In this document: positions 11,986 through 24,918 of the stretch, piece after piece
How the letters are laid out: each line of letters begins with the position of its first letter
How positions within the stretch are numbered: position 1 is the first letter of the stretch
Assembly (NCBI RefSeq): GCF_963921235.1
Contig: NC_086107.1
Coordinates: 99,078,001-99,142,000, forward strand
Source of the DNA: Mobula hypostoma
Taxonomy: Eukaryota
Direction: 5' to 3'
Length of the DNA: 64,000 bases
The notes under the pieces: generated by a model
Database searches by the model: none
What the model was told of the DNA's origin: nothing
Seen by the model: only the letters and a program-made list of their open reading frames with translations
Made by a program: the position numbers and the translations under genes

Positions 11986-13282
11986 CACCCAGTCCCAGTG
12001 CAAGAGGCTGAGCTGGGCTGCTTCAAGTACAAAAACAGTTAAAAAATATCACGGAAAGACAGAGAAAATGAAATGTCCGATGGAATTAATTCAAGAGTGA
12101 AATGCAACTGATACTGGTAGATAGCAGATGGCTGCAGGAAGAGGTCAGTCACCTGGTTAGGTGGACAAACTAGTAGCTAATGGAAATTTATGACTGTGTA
12201 GGGTGATGCATGTGGGGAGGGTTTGTCAAGGCAACAAAATACACGGTAAAAGGCAGAATAGTGTGAAGCTTGCAGGAAGATTGGGATCTGCTGATGTTAG
12301 CAAGGCAGCTGGGTAAGGTGGTTGAGAAGGTATAATTTAAAACTTGGAGCTGGGTCTTTCGGGAATAAAATTAGCAGACCTCACTGTTGTGGGGTCTGTG
12401 CTCTCTGTAAATGGCCAGTCGATTACTCAACTTCAGATCTGGGACTCAGACTTTTGTTCAGTGAATGATCTTGATTTATAAAAGGGTGAAACCGGGGGTA
12501 GATGACAGATCACACACACAGTCTCCTTGAATGGAGGAACGGATGTGAGGACAGTTTCCAGTCTCACCGCAAGCTCGCAGAGTTAAATAGATCACAGCTC
12601 CTGGTTATACACTGCAACAAAAACCTGAATTTTGGTAACAGCAATAACATATTCAAATGCTTCAAGGTGCTCCCAGGGTGATCATCAGAGGAATAAGGTC
12701 ATATCTGTCCCACACCCTCACAGTCCCAAAATTTCCTTTAAGCTGGTGCATTTTAGATCATCAGAATCTCATTGCTCCTGACTTCTATTTCTCAAGTCAT
12801 CTTTTTAAAATCAGTTAAGTTAAAACTGATTCCCTCATTATCATACATGCCCGTAGAAACCATTCCAACTGGCATCAAAGTTAACAACCTGATTTTGAAC
12901 ACCGGCATCAAATTTCCCCTCAGCCTTCCCCCCAATGCTACTGTGAGGAGAACATCTCCAGCTTCATTCTTTAAGTAACTAATGTTGTCCACACAGCTAA
13001 CGCACATCTCCTTCGCTCCCTCACTGAAATCAATGACAGCTATTCTTAGGTGTGATATAGTCAGCTAAGGTTTAACCAGCGATTTGTAACTATTTAGTAG
13101 GGTCCTTTTTTAATTTCCATTCCTTGTTTCAGAAAGACAAGGAATCTGCATGCAGTTATTTTTTTTTAAATAGCTCTACCATTTTCCTTTCAAAATGAAT
13201 CATTCCCATTTCTTTGCGTTGCATTTCACTCACTGCTGTTATCCTATTTCACTAATTGGTCTGTGAACTCAAGGTCGCAGAA

Positions 13283-13295
13283 TGTGTGTGTGTGG

Positions 13296-13346
<51 letters not shown>
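13283..13346. repeat. (TG)n microsatellite
   Basis: Seen directly. Confidence 0.95.
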
Positions 13347-13347
<1 letters not shown>

Positions 13348-13554
13348 AGGGGGGAGGAGAGCTGATGGTCACACTGTCGATCTTCTCATTGTGACCTGCA
13401 CTACTGATCCTGGAGCAACGGGCTTGCGTCCAACTGTGGCACCAAGGGTGACACTAATCCAAGGGGGATTCCAGCAGCATGATGACCAAATGGTCCATGA
13501 CCACATTCTTCTCTGGAGGCCTCAGTTCCAATCTCAGCTCTCATATTTGGCAGG

Positions 13555-13626
13555 GGCCCTGTGGTGTAATGGTTAGCAGCCCGGACTCTGAATCCAAAAC
13601 TCCAACTTGAAATCTCAGAGGAATCT
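13555..13626 (+). pseudogene. tRNA-Gln(CUG) pseudogene
   Basis: 72 nt colinear with vertebrate tRNA-Gln (TGGTGTAATGGTTAGCA ... GGACTCTGAATCC ... AAATCTC). The acceptor stem is mispaired (GGCCCTG/AGGAATC), the T-loop/B box is mutated (ACTTGAAATC), and no oligo-T terminator follows. Confidence 0.85.
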
Positions 13627-14114
13627 CACCCTTCCTGCTCTTCTGACATTTAGTGACGATGGGACCTTGGGCAGTGTCAAAGGGATAGGGATATTTAAGC
13701 CAGGCACATAGACAAAAGGAAAGTGGAGGCTTTGTGGGAGGAAAGGCTGAGATTGATCTTGGAGTAAATTGAAAGTTTGGCCTATAATAAAGGCCTATAA
13801 TATGCTGTAGTAGTCCTTGTTTTATGTTCTAACCCATGATTGGCTGTTTACTGAAAATATATGAAGGTGTAACTGGCAGAGTTGGTGAGGGAGAACCGGT
13901 AGATGTGATTTATTTAGATTTTCAGAACTGTTTTGGTAACGTCTGACACAGGGTTGGTCAAGAAGGTTGGAGAAATGCAGTCGAGGATTGGTTAATGGAC
14001 AGAAAACAAACATTGGGAATAAAAAGGATCTTTAAAGAACACATTTTGTTACAATCTATATCAATGGTTCAGCTGAGCAGACCGTCTGAGGTATTTCCAA
14101 CTTTGATGCAGTGA

Positions 14115-15460
14115 TACAAATTCACTGATGACACAACTAGTATTGGCTGAATCTCAGATGGCGACAAGGAGGCGTACAGGACGGAGACAGATCAGCTGAT
14201 TGAGTGGAGTCACATCAACAACCTTGCACTCAACATCAGCAAGACCAAGGAAATAATTGTGGAATTCTGGAAGGAGAAGTCAGGAGAACAAAAAGTAGTG
14301 GATACGGCCCAGTCCATCACAGGAAAACCCTCCCTACTTTTGGGCACATCTACCTGGAGTGCTGTCACAGGAAAGCAGCATCCTTCATCAAGGATTCCCA
14401 CCACCCAGCTCATGCCTTCTTCTCGCTGATGCCATCAGGAGCCTCAGGCCCTGCACTACCAGGTTCAGTAACAATTATTACCCCCTCAGCCATCAGGCTC
14501 TTGAACCAAAGGGCATAACTTCACTCAACTTCACTTGTCCCATCACTGAAATGTTCCCATTACCTATGGACTCAGTTTCAATGACTCTTCAGGCCACGTT
14601 CTCAATGTTTATTGTTTTTTATTTATTTAACTTTATTAATATCATTTATTTTTTCCGTCTTTTTGTGTTTGCAGGTTGTTATGTTCTGCATACTGGTTGT
14701 TTGCCGGCCCTGTTGGGTGTAGTCTTTCATCGATTCTACTCTGTTTCTTGTATATACTGTGATTGCCCATGGGAAAATGAATCTCAGGGGTGCATGTGTA
14801 TAAATAAATTTATTTTAACTTTGAATTTTGAACCAGTTGTCACTGAGGGGATTAGCAGTGGAAAGGTGAGTAGCTTTAAGTTCCTGGGCATTAACATCTC
14901 AGGGGATCTATCCTGGGCCCGCCATATTGATGCATTCATGAAGGCTTGCCAGCAGCTATACTTTATTAAGAGTTTGAGGTTTGGTACGTCACTCGCAAAG
15001 TTCTACAGGTGTGCCATGGAGAACATTCTGACTGGCCGCATCTCCACCTAGTATGGAGATTGGAAGAGACTGCAGAGGGTTAAAGTCTCAGGTAGCTCCA
15101 TCGCCAGCACAACCCTCCCCTCCACCGAGGACGTCTTCGAAAAGCAGTGCCTCAAGAAATTGCCATCCATCGTTAGTCACCCTCACCATTAGGACGTGGC
15201 CTTTTCTCATTGCTACCATGAGGGAGAAGGTACAGGAGCCTGAAGATGCACACAGGAACAGCTTCTTCCCCTCCGCCGTCAGATTTCTGAATGATCCATG
15301 AACCCATGAACACTACCTCACTATTCCTCTTTTGCAATATTTATTTATTTTAACTTTACATTTTGTAACTTATAGGTAATTTTTGTGCAGCGCTCTGCTG
15401 CCACAAAGTAGTTACTTCCACAGTTTAGGTGAATGATAATAAACCCGATTCTGATTTGAT
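14115..15460 (+). mobile_element. Cluster of Rex/Babar RT fragments
   Basis: Motifs KFTDDTT, NNLALNISKTKE, FKFLGINISGDLSW, QLYFIKSLR; multiple 3' UTRs. Confidence 0.8.
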
Positions 15461-15606
15461 TCTGATCTGAGATGAAGATGAGAATGCAGGTGGTGATGAA
15501 GATGAGAAGAGCATCCCAGAGGATACAGACAGCCGAGTTAATCGGCAACAACATGGCAGATAATTTCAATGTGGGACAATGTGAGATTACCCACTTTAAT
15601 CCTCCA

Positions 15607-15845
15607 AGAGGACCATGATCTTGTCTTAGGGTTTGGAGGCTTGCTTGCCTCAGTGACCTGGAGACCTATGCTGGCTGGGGTCAGGGCCTTGTGCTCTGGC
15701 TGTTCGTAGGGTTCCCCATGCCAAATAGGTCAAAGGGTAGAGGCCAGACTAAAAGTGGTCCACCAGTCCTCCAGGTTCGGGGGTTCAGCTCTAGGCTAAC
15801 AACCCTGACTAGTAAAACAAAATTGTTACGGAAACAGCTATGAAG
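15607..15845 (+). mobile_element. RTE 5'-UTR-like fragment
   Basis: gcctcagtgacctggagacctatgc ... cccatgccaaataggtcaaagg resembles RTE-clade 5' ends. Confidence 0.5.
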
Positions 15846-16490
15846 AGGCTGAGGGGAGATCTGACAGAAGTTTATAAGATTATGAGAGTCATAGACAGGG
15901 AGTATCTCTTTTTCCCTAGGGTTGAGATGTCTAATACCAGAGGGTATACGTTTAAGGTGAGGGGGTTAAGTTCAAAGAAGACGTGAGAGGCAAGTTTTTT
16001 TTTTACTCAGAATGGCGGTTGCCTGGAACGAGCTGCCCAGGGTGGTGGTAAAGGCAGGAATATTGCAGACTTTTAAGAGACGTTTTGATAGGCACACGAA
16101 TGTAAGGAAAATGGAAGGATAAGGACATCGTGTAGGCAGAGGGGGTTAGTTTAGTTGGCCATTTGATTACTAATTTAATTGGCTCAGCACAACATTGTGG
16201 GCCGAATGGCCTGTTCTTGTACTGTTCTATGTTCCATGTGAGAAGGCAGAGATTTAATACAAATTTGAGGGGGCATTTTGTTTACACAAAGGCTGGCATG
16301 GATGTTGAATGAGCTACCAGGGGAAGTGATTCAGGCAGATACGATAACAATGTTTAGAAGACAATGGGACAAATATATGGATAGTAGAGGGTTCGATGGA
16401 AATGGACCAAAGGCTGGCAAGTGGGACGAGATTGCATGGGGTATCTTGGTCGGTATGGACCAGATGGCAAAAGGGCCTGTTTCAGTGCCG
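15846..16490 (+). mobile_element. CR1 3' fragments (two tandem pieces)
   Basis: RLRGDLTEVYKIM, FFTQR motifs and CR1-type tails. Confidence 0.8.
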
Positions 16491-17964
16491 TATAACTCTG
16501 CTCAAGTTTTCTATAACTCTGCTAAAGTTTTCTTTGTGTCCTTTCTTGTTGCCGATTGGAGGTTTGGGGTTCCAGGTGGGCAAGATGTTGGGTTTTTGTG
16601 CGAGGGAGGGGTCCAATGTTCTTGTTGGTTTTCTGTGTAGGCAATCTTGTGTGGAAGAAGGGAGCTGGGGGTTTGATGTTGTCACTTTTTTTGCAAGGAG
16701 GGGTTAGGGCTTGGGGTTTTTAGTGTTCTGACCACCGTCTTCTAGGTGTTTGATCTGTTGGTTTTTCTGCAAGAGAGGGGTTGGAGGGTTTGGGGTTTAG
16801 TGTTCCAGCTGTTGTTTTCTGTTTGGGCGATTTGTTAGATTTTTTGTGCGGGGGTTAATGTCTTTTCTTTCAATGGCTACCATGTTTTTCTGTATTTCAT
16901 GGCTATCTGGAGAAGACGAATATCAGAGTTATATCGTACATGCATAATTTGGCAATAAAATTAACCTCTGAACCTAGAAGTTGTTCTCTAGCCCATAGTT
17001 ATCCCATTCTGTAAGTTTCAGTGCTCTAAAGAAATCAATAGGCAGATCTGCTGCCGTAGACTGACTGTGGCCTGTCCCCAAATCTTGCTTTTGCATCCAG
17101 CGTGCTCCCAGCACGCTCTTCCTTTGAGAGGCCAGGTCTCAGGACCTCAGTGTGTGCAATGCAGCACCGAGCAATGCAATGACTCTCCCTGGGGCCTCGT
17201 TCTCAGAGTGAGCTTAATGACCCATGAGGCCCTGTCCCTAGACTCCTCAGCTGCCATTGACCTTGAATGTCTTTGATAAGTCTCGCGGGACCCGAGTGCA
17301 GTGAGGTACAAAACCAGAGAAGTCTCCAAGTTCAGGGAGAGAGAACGGCAAATTTCACCTTGTCTGGAATTTTGCTTTGTGGACTATGGGAAGGGAAGGA
17401 ATTGGCAGAGATGGAGGTACATATGGTCTTAATTTTAGTGACAAACAATTTTTAGCACTGTAATATTTTAATCATGACAACATTTTCCCACACTGCTCAT
17501 GGTCAGGCCCTACTTTAATAAAGTTATGATTCATTCTTGTGACGAGTGTTGGTACTTTGTGGCTTTCTGCTGCTGCTGGAGAACTTCTGGTGGTGCCTGT
17601 GTGGCAGATATCAGATCTCCACGAGGGTGAGACTGAGATGTCCACACCTCTGTGGCAGCTGACACTCTGAAACGGTCTGCACTGCGTTAAGGGAGTACTG
17701 CAAAACCCTTAGCGGAGGAGAGCAGGCACATGCCTCCCACGCCACCTTCTCGCCCCCATGGAAGGTTGGAGATGGCCTCCGCACCATTCCCCGTCATCTT
17801 CAGTTGGAAGCGTTGGCCTGATGAAAGCTCGGTGCCCCAGATTTGTGTCCTCCGGGGCAGCACCGCCAGCTAGCCACTCCCTGGGAAGACCTCCCACACC
17901 AGCTCCCCCTTGGCTCCGGCCACAAGAATGGCACCTTGCTCAGCCTGGACGAATCGGGGCAGCC

Positions 17965-19060
17965 TGATAGTGCGGCGGCTGGCGCAACAGTGCCGTCAAT
18001 CAGGGTTCGATTCCCGCTATGGTCTGTCAGGAGTTTGTACAGTCCACCTCCCAGTGACCATGTGGGTCTGCTCCGCTTTCCTCCCACATTCCAAAGACAT
18101 ACCGATTAAACCTGAAGGCGGAGCTGAGTAATGGTGGCGCTAAACGGCGACTCCTTTGCCTGCATCTTCGGAAACAGCTCTATTTCTATCTTCAATATCA
18201 CTTTTTCCCCCTTTCAAGGTTCTTTTGAAGACCCCGACCTAGGGTTACAGTCTGACTCCGGTTCTTTGCGGGAATGGGACCCGCTCTCAGGGCCTCACGA
18301 CCGGCCGCTTTTTGATATCCCAAGGACGCGCCCGGAAGACTAGCATGACTTCAGGGTGCCGTATTTTTCGTGGCTCTGCAGGCAGGCGGATTCAAGGCCA
18401 GTGCCGCCGCCGCTGATTGATGCGTTGCGGGAGAATAAGGAAAATCGGAAGCAGCATGTTTGCTACTGGCTGTGTGCCCAAAGATACAGAGCTCGGAAAA
18501 AGTAACGCAACAGACTTTTAACACCATAAATCGGCAAGTTGTTTTGTCATGTCTCCCCTCTCGCTGTGAAACGGGGACACCTCTTTTTCCTTTAGTAAGG
18601 AGAGAGAGAGCCTGTGGTATGTCAAATACCAGCTGAACGACTAGTCTTTGGGGTACTGCAAGTCTGTGTCTCTATTGATGCTTTGATGCACGCTTTCACA
18701 TTTGATGGAGGGCGCCAATGTTTTTTTTTGCTGGTGAGGGGGTCATTGCCTTGCTGCTGCTTGTGCGTGGGTGGGAGGAGTTGGGGGGGTCTTTGGGGTT
18801 CTAACATTTAACTGTCATTCATCCTTTGGGGCACTCCTCTGTTTTCGGAGATGTTTGCAAAGAAAAAACTTTCAGGCTGTATATTGTATACATTTCTCTG
18901 ACATTAAATGTACCTATTGAAACGATCGTCGTGAGCATGCTACGTTGGCACTGGAAATATAGCGACACTTGAGGGGGTGCCCCCAACACCTCAATTGTTG
19001 ACACAAATGACACCTTTCGCTCGATGTTTCGATGTAGATTTGACAAATAAAGCTAATGTA
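17965..19060 (+). mobile_element. tRNA-SINE interrupted by a roughly 800 bp non-autonomous element (about 18108-18920)
   Basis: SINE head with B box (gggttcgattccc) and ctcccacattccaaagac body; SINE tail (tgacaaataaagctaat) resumes after about 18925; related SINE on the minus strand at about 26800-27095. Confidence 0.6.
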
Positions 19061-21469
19061 ATCCTTTATTTTTCTTTTAAGTTGGTCCAAAGAGCCTTTG
19101 GCCGTGCTGAACCACCGTCCAAGCTAAGCTTGACAAGTCTTGTGAGGTGACAGTGCTCCACTGCCCTGGGATTTTTGAATAATTGGCTGGGGAAAATGCT
19201 AGAGTAAAAGGAAGAGGAGGACCTTCTGAGATGTGTAAAGGAGAGCCTACTTCAGGGTTGTAGGATATGATTCTGAGGAATGGTGCAGTCCATCAACCCT
19301 GGAAGAACACGACTAGACCCAGGGCCATTTGCAACATATGGTTTGGATTCACTGTGGAGGCTAATGGGTAAACATCTGCAGTAGAACTTCAAACTAGGGG
19401 AGGACTAACATCAATAGGTTAGGAAAGGTCCTGGCCAGGAACAAATAGAACCACTTTCTGGAATACGGGAGGAGTCACAGGAGCCTGAAGGCACACACTC
19501 AACATTTTAGGATAAACTTCTTCTCCTCTGCCATCAGATTTCCGAATGGATAATGACCCCATGTACACTACCTCACTATTTGTTTTTTTTTCTCTTTTTC
19601 TGGCTCTCACTTTGCACTAGTTATTTTCAAATTTTAGGGGCAAGGTGTAACACCTGCTTAACCCCTCCCTGATCGGGATCACGTGAAGCCATGGGAGAAG
19701 GTGGTGGACGGTCGTATGAGCAGCCGGTGCCCATCACAAATCTGGGTTATATGACCATTCACACCAGGCAGACAATCTCTGAAGAGAATTGATAACAGCT
19801 GGGGCCACCCGTCTTGTAAAGACACTGCCCAGAAGGCGGCAAATGGCAGTCCACTTCCGTAGAAAAATTTGCCAAGAACAATCATGGTCATTGAAAGACC
19901 ATGATCGCCCAGATCATATGTCACGGCCCATAATGATGATATCATATGACATGGCACATAATGATGGTGTCATACAACATGGCCGATATTGATGATAATG
20001 TGTCTATATAGATGGCATCATTGTAATTTATAGTTTTTTATTACTATGTATTACAATGTACTGTTGCCACAGAACAACAAATTTCATGACATATGCCATG
20101 ATGTTATACTTGATTCTGATTCTAAATGTGGTAAAGACTCATTAGATAGCCCAGAGATGCCCTGTTACTCATTCTACATTTTCTATGTTTCTTTTATGCT
20201 ATGTGTTTCCTTTCTTAATAAGGAGACCAAAATGGCACACGTTACTCCGGGTCCGATCCTATCAAGATCCCTGGAATGGTAGGACTATCTTACACGGATC
20301 AGATTATGGCAAGTAGACTTGTGTTCCCCAGAGTCGAGAAGAATGGGAGAGGATTCCTGAAAGGTAAAACATTCCGGTAAGACTAGATGGACTGCCTTCC
20401 TTGGCAGGGGATATTAGAATGAGAGGTTGTGGTTTAGAAGTTCAATCTAAATTTATCATCAAAGGATGGTGTACGTCATCTTATCTTCCCTTGAGATTCA
20501 AAACAATAGGTAGGTCATTTAAAGTCAGAGAAATGTATACAATATACATCCTGAAATTCTTCAGGAAGCAGGGCAAGGACTAAGGTAGGGTAAAATATGT
20601 TTACCACAAGGATGGTGGATCTATATAACCCCTCACTACCGATGTCTGTGGAGGAATATCATTTAAGACAGATGGAGATGGATTTCTAGACATAACGTTT
20701 ATGGGGAGGGAGCAGGAATTATTGGGATGGATATTCAGCCATGACCTTGCTGAATGGCAGCCTGGGGTTGTAGGCTGAACTAGCCTACTCCTGCTGTTCT
20801 CTAGGTTTCTGAGAGAGAGGGTAAAGACAGACTGATAGTTAATGTAAAGAGGATTGCAAAAACAGACTTGTCAATAGCAAATGGGTCAGCACAGATTGGG
20901 AATAAAGATGATTTGTGCTTGGAGCCAAAAGGCAGCAGTGGAATGCGAAGAGAGCATTCGTTTAGCCTTCCCTTTATTCTCACTTCTCTCTCCAGCAACA
21001 CCCCCCAGCTTACCATAAACAGTCTAATTCTCAGTTATTCGTCACCCATGCCCAACGCACAATATCTTTTCTTTCTCTTTGATCATCTTCTCCACTCATT
21101 CGTCTTCAGTGAAATAACAACACTGGTGAAGTCTGAGTGGGAGAGGAGGCCAATAGAGATCGTGGAAGTGAAAACTGAGGAGGTGGAAGCTGAAAGGCTG
21201 GTAACACTTCAACATCTGGTTCAGCTGGGATGTGGCCCGTGTTTCTAAGGGCGATGGGCGAAGTCTGTGATAGGGTGGACATATAGCAAGGCCTCACGGA
21301 GTCTGCCACATAAGTTCCAGCCAGTCAAATTAACCAAAAAGGTAAATATTAACATGAGAAATTTAAACTAATAAGAGTGGCAACATACACTTGTTTAAGG
21401 CACATTGCTAGAATTTTGTGATGAGGTAAAACAATAATTAATGAAAGGAACAAGGACGTTACGGGTACC

Positions 21470-21770
21470 TTACCGTGCAAATGTTTTAGGCAGATATATA
21501 TAGCTAGGGTACCTAAGACTTCTGCGCAGTACTGTAGTAGTTTTATGTATTGCATTGTACTGCTGCCACAAAAAAAAAGCAAATTTCATGACATGTGAGT
21601 GATGATAATTGGGATACAGAGAGAGATGATGAGAATTAAACTAAGGAAATTGGGGTGCAGGAATTCACATTAAAAGGGTTGCTGGGCATGGGTATTTTAT
21701 AGGATATGGTGGATAAACGGGGATAGGGTACTAGGATAGCCAAAGATGGGAGGATAAAGTGTAGGTTAGG

Positions 21771-21801
<31 letters not shown>

Positions 21802-22295
21802 ATTGGGTGAAGGGATTTAGAATGTAAGTCTATTGCACACTCTGGAGCAGAAGGTGGCGGTAATGCACCATTAAGCTGGGTGCCAACCGTTGTAAAACAA
21901 GACGGAGAGAGAGAGAGAGAGAGAGTGATGATAAACCTGATTCTGATATGGGTCTCTATTGTGGACTGAGAGTGGGAAGGGGGCAGGGAGAGGGGAATCA
22001 TGGTTGGGAAAAGGGAAACGGGCAGGAAGCACCAGAGAGACATTCTGTAATGATTAATAACCCAATTGTTTGGAATCAAATGACCTTGCCTGGTGTCTCA
22101 GGGTGTGCCTGCATCCACGCCATCCCCCACCCTGGCACTCCTTCCCTGCCACCTGTCCCACACCTCTCCCACAGCGCTCCACTCTCACCATTCCCCACAT
22201 CCTGTGCTCCTGCCAGATTTACAAACTCGCTCTCCTCTCAACACTGACAAATACAGAACTGTGCCAGAGTCTTAGGCACCCTAGCTGTATATACA
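21470..22295. mobile_element. Tc1/mariner-like non-autonomous element (three copies: here, about 29222-29820 and about 32163-32692)
   Basis: Inverted repeats of the type cagtactgtgcaaaagtcttaggcac; internal sequence shared among the three copies. Confidence 0.65.
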
Positions 22296-22981
22296 ACACA
22301 GAAATCTGATCAGCAAAACGGAAGTCCATGAAATTAGAGTGAGTGAAAACCTGGACAGGAAATTGGCTTAAGGACAGAGAGTGGTGCTGATTAGAGTTTT
22401 TCGGACTGCTGACCACTAAGCAGTTGTGTTGGGTTGGGGTCTATGGTTTCCTGCCTAGTACTTGGATGTAGAAGGCAAAATTTCTAAACTTGTGGCACAT
22501 CCAAAACTTGGAACTGTGGTAAAGATGGTAAGAGGTTAAAGAGGAATTGAGGCTGGCTGGATGGGAAGTCGGAAGGCAGAGGAAGCTTAATAAAACAAAG
22601 TGTAAAGAGGTCAACCATTGAGTACATCTACACAAAACGCTGTCGTAAGAAAGCAGCGTCCACCATCAAAGATTCTCACCACCCAGGCCATGCTCTTTTC
22701 TCACTGCTGCCATCACATGGAAGGTACAAATACCTCAGGACCCACACCACCAGGTTCAAGAACAGTTTCTACCCCTCAACCATCTTGAGCAAAAGAGGAT
22801 AACTGCATTCATCTATTGGGATGTACCCATAACCAATGATCTCACTTTAAGGACTCTTTATCCTGTTATTTCATGCTCTCATTATTTATCGCTATTTATT
22901 TATATTTGCATTTGCACAGTTTGATGTCTTCTGCACTCTGGTTGATCTTTCATTGATCCTGTTTACAGTTACTATTACACA

Positions 22982-24918
22982 GAAAAAAAAATAGGTGCAG
23001 GAGTAGGCCATTCGGCCCTTCGAGCCTGCACCGCCATTTATTATGATCATGGCTGATCATCCAACTCAGAACCCAGCCTTCCCTCCATACCCCCTGACCC
23101 CTGTAGCCACAAGGGCCATATCTAACTTCCTTTTAAACATAGCTAATGAACTGGCCTCAACAGTTTGCTGTGGCAGAGAATTCCACAGATTCACCACTCT
23201 CTGTGTGAAGAAGTTTTTCCTAATCTCGGTCCTAAAAGGCTTCCCCTCTATCCTCAAACTGTGACCCCTCGTTCTGGACCTCCCCAACATCGGGAACAAT
23301 CTTCCTGCATCCAGCCTGTCCAATCCCTTTAGGATCTTATACGTTTCAATCAGATCCCCCCCTCAATCTTCTAAATTCCAACGAGTACAAGCCCAGTTCA
23401 TCCAGTCTTTCTTCATATGAAAGACCTGCCATCCCAGGAATCAATCTGGTGAACCTTCTTTGTACTCCCTCTATGGAAAGATGTCTTTCCTCAGATTAGG
23501 GGACGAAAACTGCACACAATACTCCAGGTGTGGTCTCACCAAGGCCTTGTACAACTGCAGTAGTACCTCCCTGCTCCTGTACTCGAATCCTCTCGCTATA
23601 AATGCCAGCATACCGTTCGCCTTTTTCACCGCCTGCTGTACCTGCATGCCCACTTTCAATGACTGGTGTATAATGACACCCAGGTCTCGTTGCACCTCCC
23701 CTTTTCCTAATCGGCCACCATTCAGATAATAATCTGTTTTCCTATTTTTGCCACCAAAGTGGATAACTTCACATTTATCCACATTAAATTGCATCTGCCA
23801 TGAGTTTGCCCACTCACCCAACCTATCCAAGTCACCCTGCATCCTCTTAGCATCCTCCTCACTGCTAACACTGCCACCCAGCTTCGTGTCATCCGCAAAC
23901 TTGGAGATGCTGCATTTAATTCCCTCATCCAAGTCATTAATATATATTGTAAACAACTGGGGTCCCAGCACTGAGCCTTGCGGTACCCCACTAGTCACCG
24001 CCTGCCATTCTGAAAAGGTCCCGTTTATTCCCACTCTTTGCTTCCTGTCTGCTAACCACTTCTCCACCCACACCAATACCTTACCCCCAATACCGTGTGC
24101 TTTAAGTTTGCACACTAATCTCCTGTGTGGGACCTTGTCAAAAGCCTTTTGAAAATCCAAATATACCACATCCACTGGTTCTCCCCTATCCACTCTACTA
24201 GTTACATCCTCAAAAAATTCTATGAGATTCGTCAGACATGATTTTCCTTTCACAAATCCATGCTGACTTTGTCCGATGATTTCACCGCTTTCCAAATGTG
24301 CTGTTATCACATCTTTGATAACTGACTCCAGCAGTTTCCCCACCACCGACGTTAGGCTAACCGGCCTATAATTCCCCGGTTTCTCTCTCCCTCCTTTTTT
24401 AAAAAGTGGGGTTACATTAGCCACCCTCCAATCCTCAGGAACTAGTCCAGAATCTAACGAGTTTTGAAAAATTATCACTAATGCATCCACTATTTCTTGG
24501 GCTACTTCCTTAAGCACTCTGGGATGCAGACCATCTGGCCCTGGGGATTTATCTGCCTTCAATCCCTTCAATTTACCTAACACCACTTCCCTACTAACAT
24601 GTATTTCGCTCAGTTCCTCCATCTCACTGGACCCTCTGTCCCCTACTATTTCTGGAAGATTATTTATGTCCTCCTTAGTGAAGACAGAACCAAAGTAATT
24701 ATTCAATTGGTCTGCCATGTCCTTGCTCCCCATAATCAATTCACCTGTTTCTGTTTGCAGGGGACCTACATTTGTCTCTATCAGTCTTTTCCTTTTTACA
24801 TATCTATAAAAGCTTTTACAGTCCGTTTTTATGTTCTCTGCCAGTTTTCTCTCATAATCTTTTTTCCCCTTCCTAATTAAGCCCTTTGTCCTCCTCTGCT
24901 GAACTCTGAATTTCTCCC
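22982..24918 (-). mobile_element. Young 5'-truncated CR1 LINE, frameshifted near the C-terminus, inserted into a Rex 3' fragment (about 22620-25020)
   Basis: ORF 23471-24739 has RT motifs (GVPQGSVLGP, FADD); nearly identical to 45716-47650; the host Rex 3' UTR resumes at 24919. Confidence 0.95.

Noticed and set aside
12772..13007. Overlapping short ORFs on both strands in unique-looking sequence
   Set aside because: No recognisable domain or convincing splice signals.
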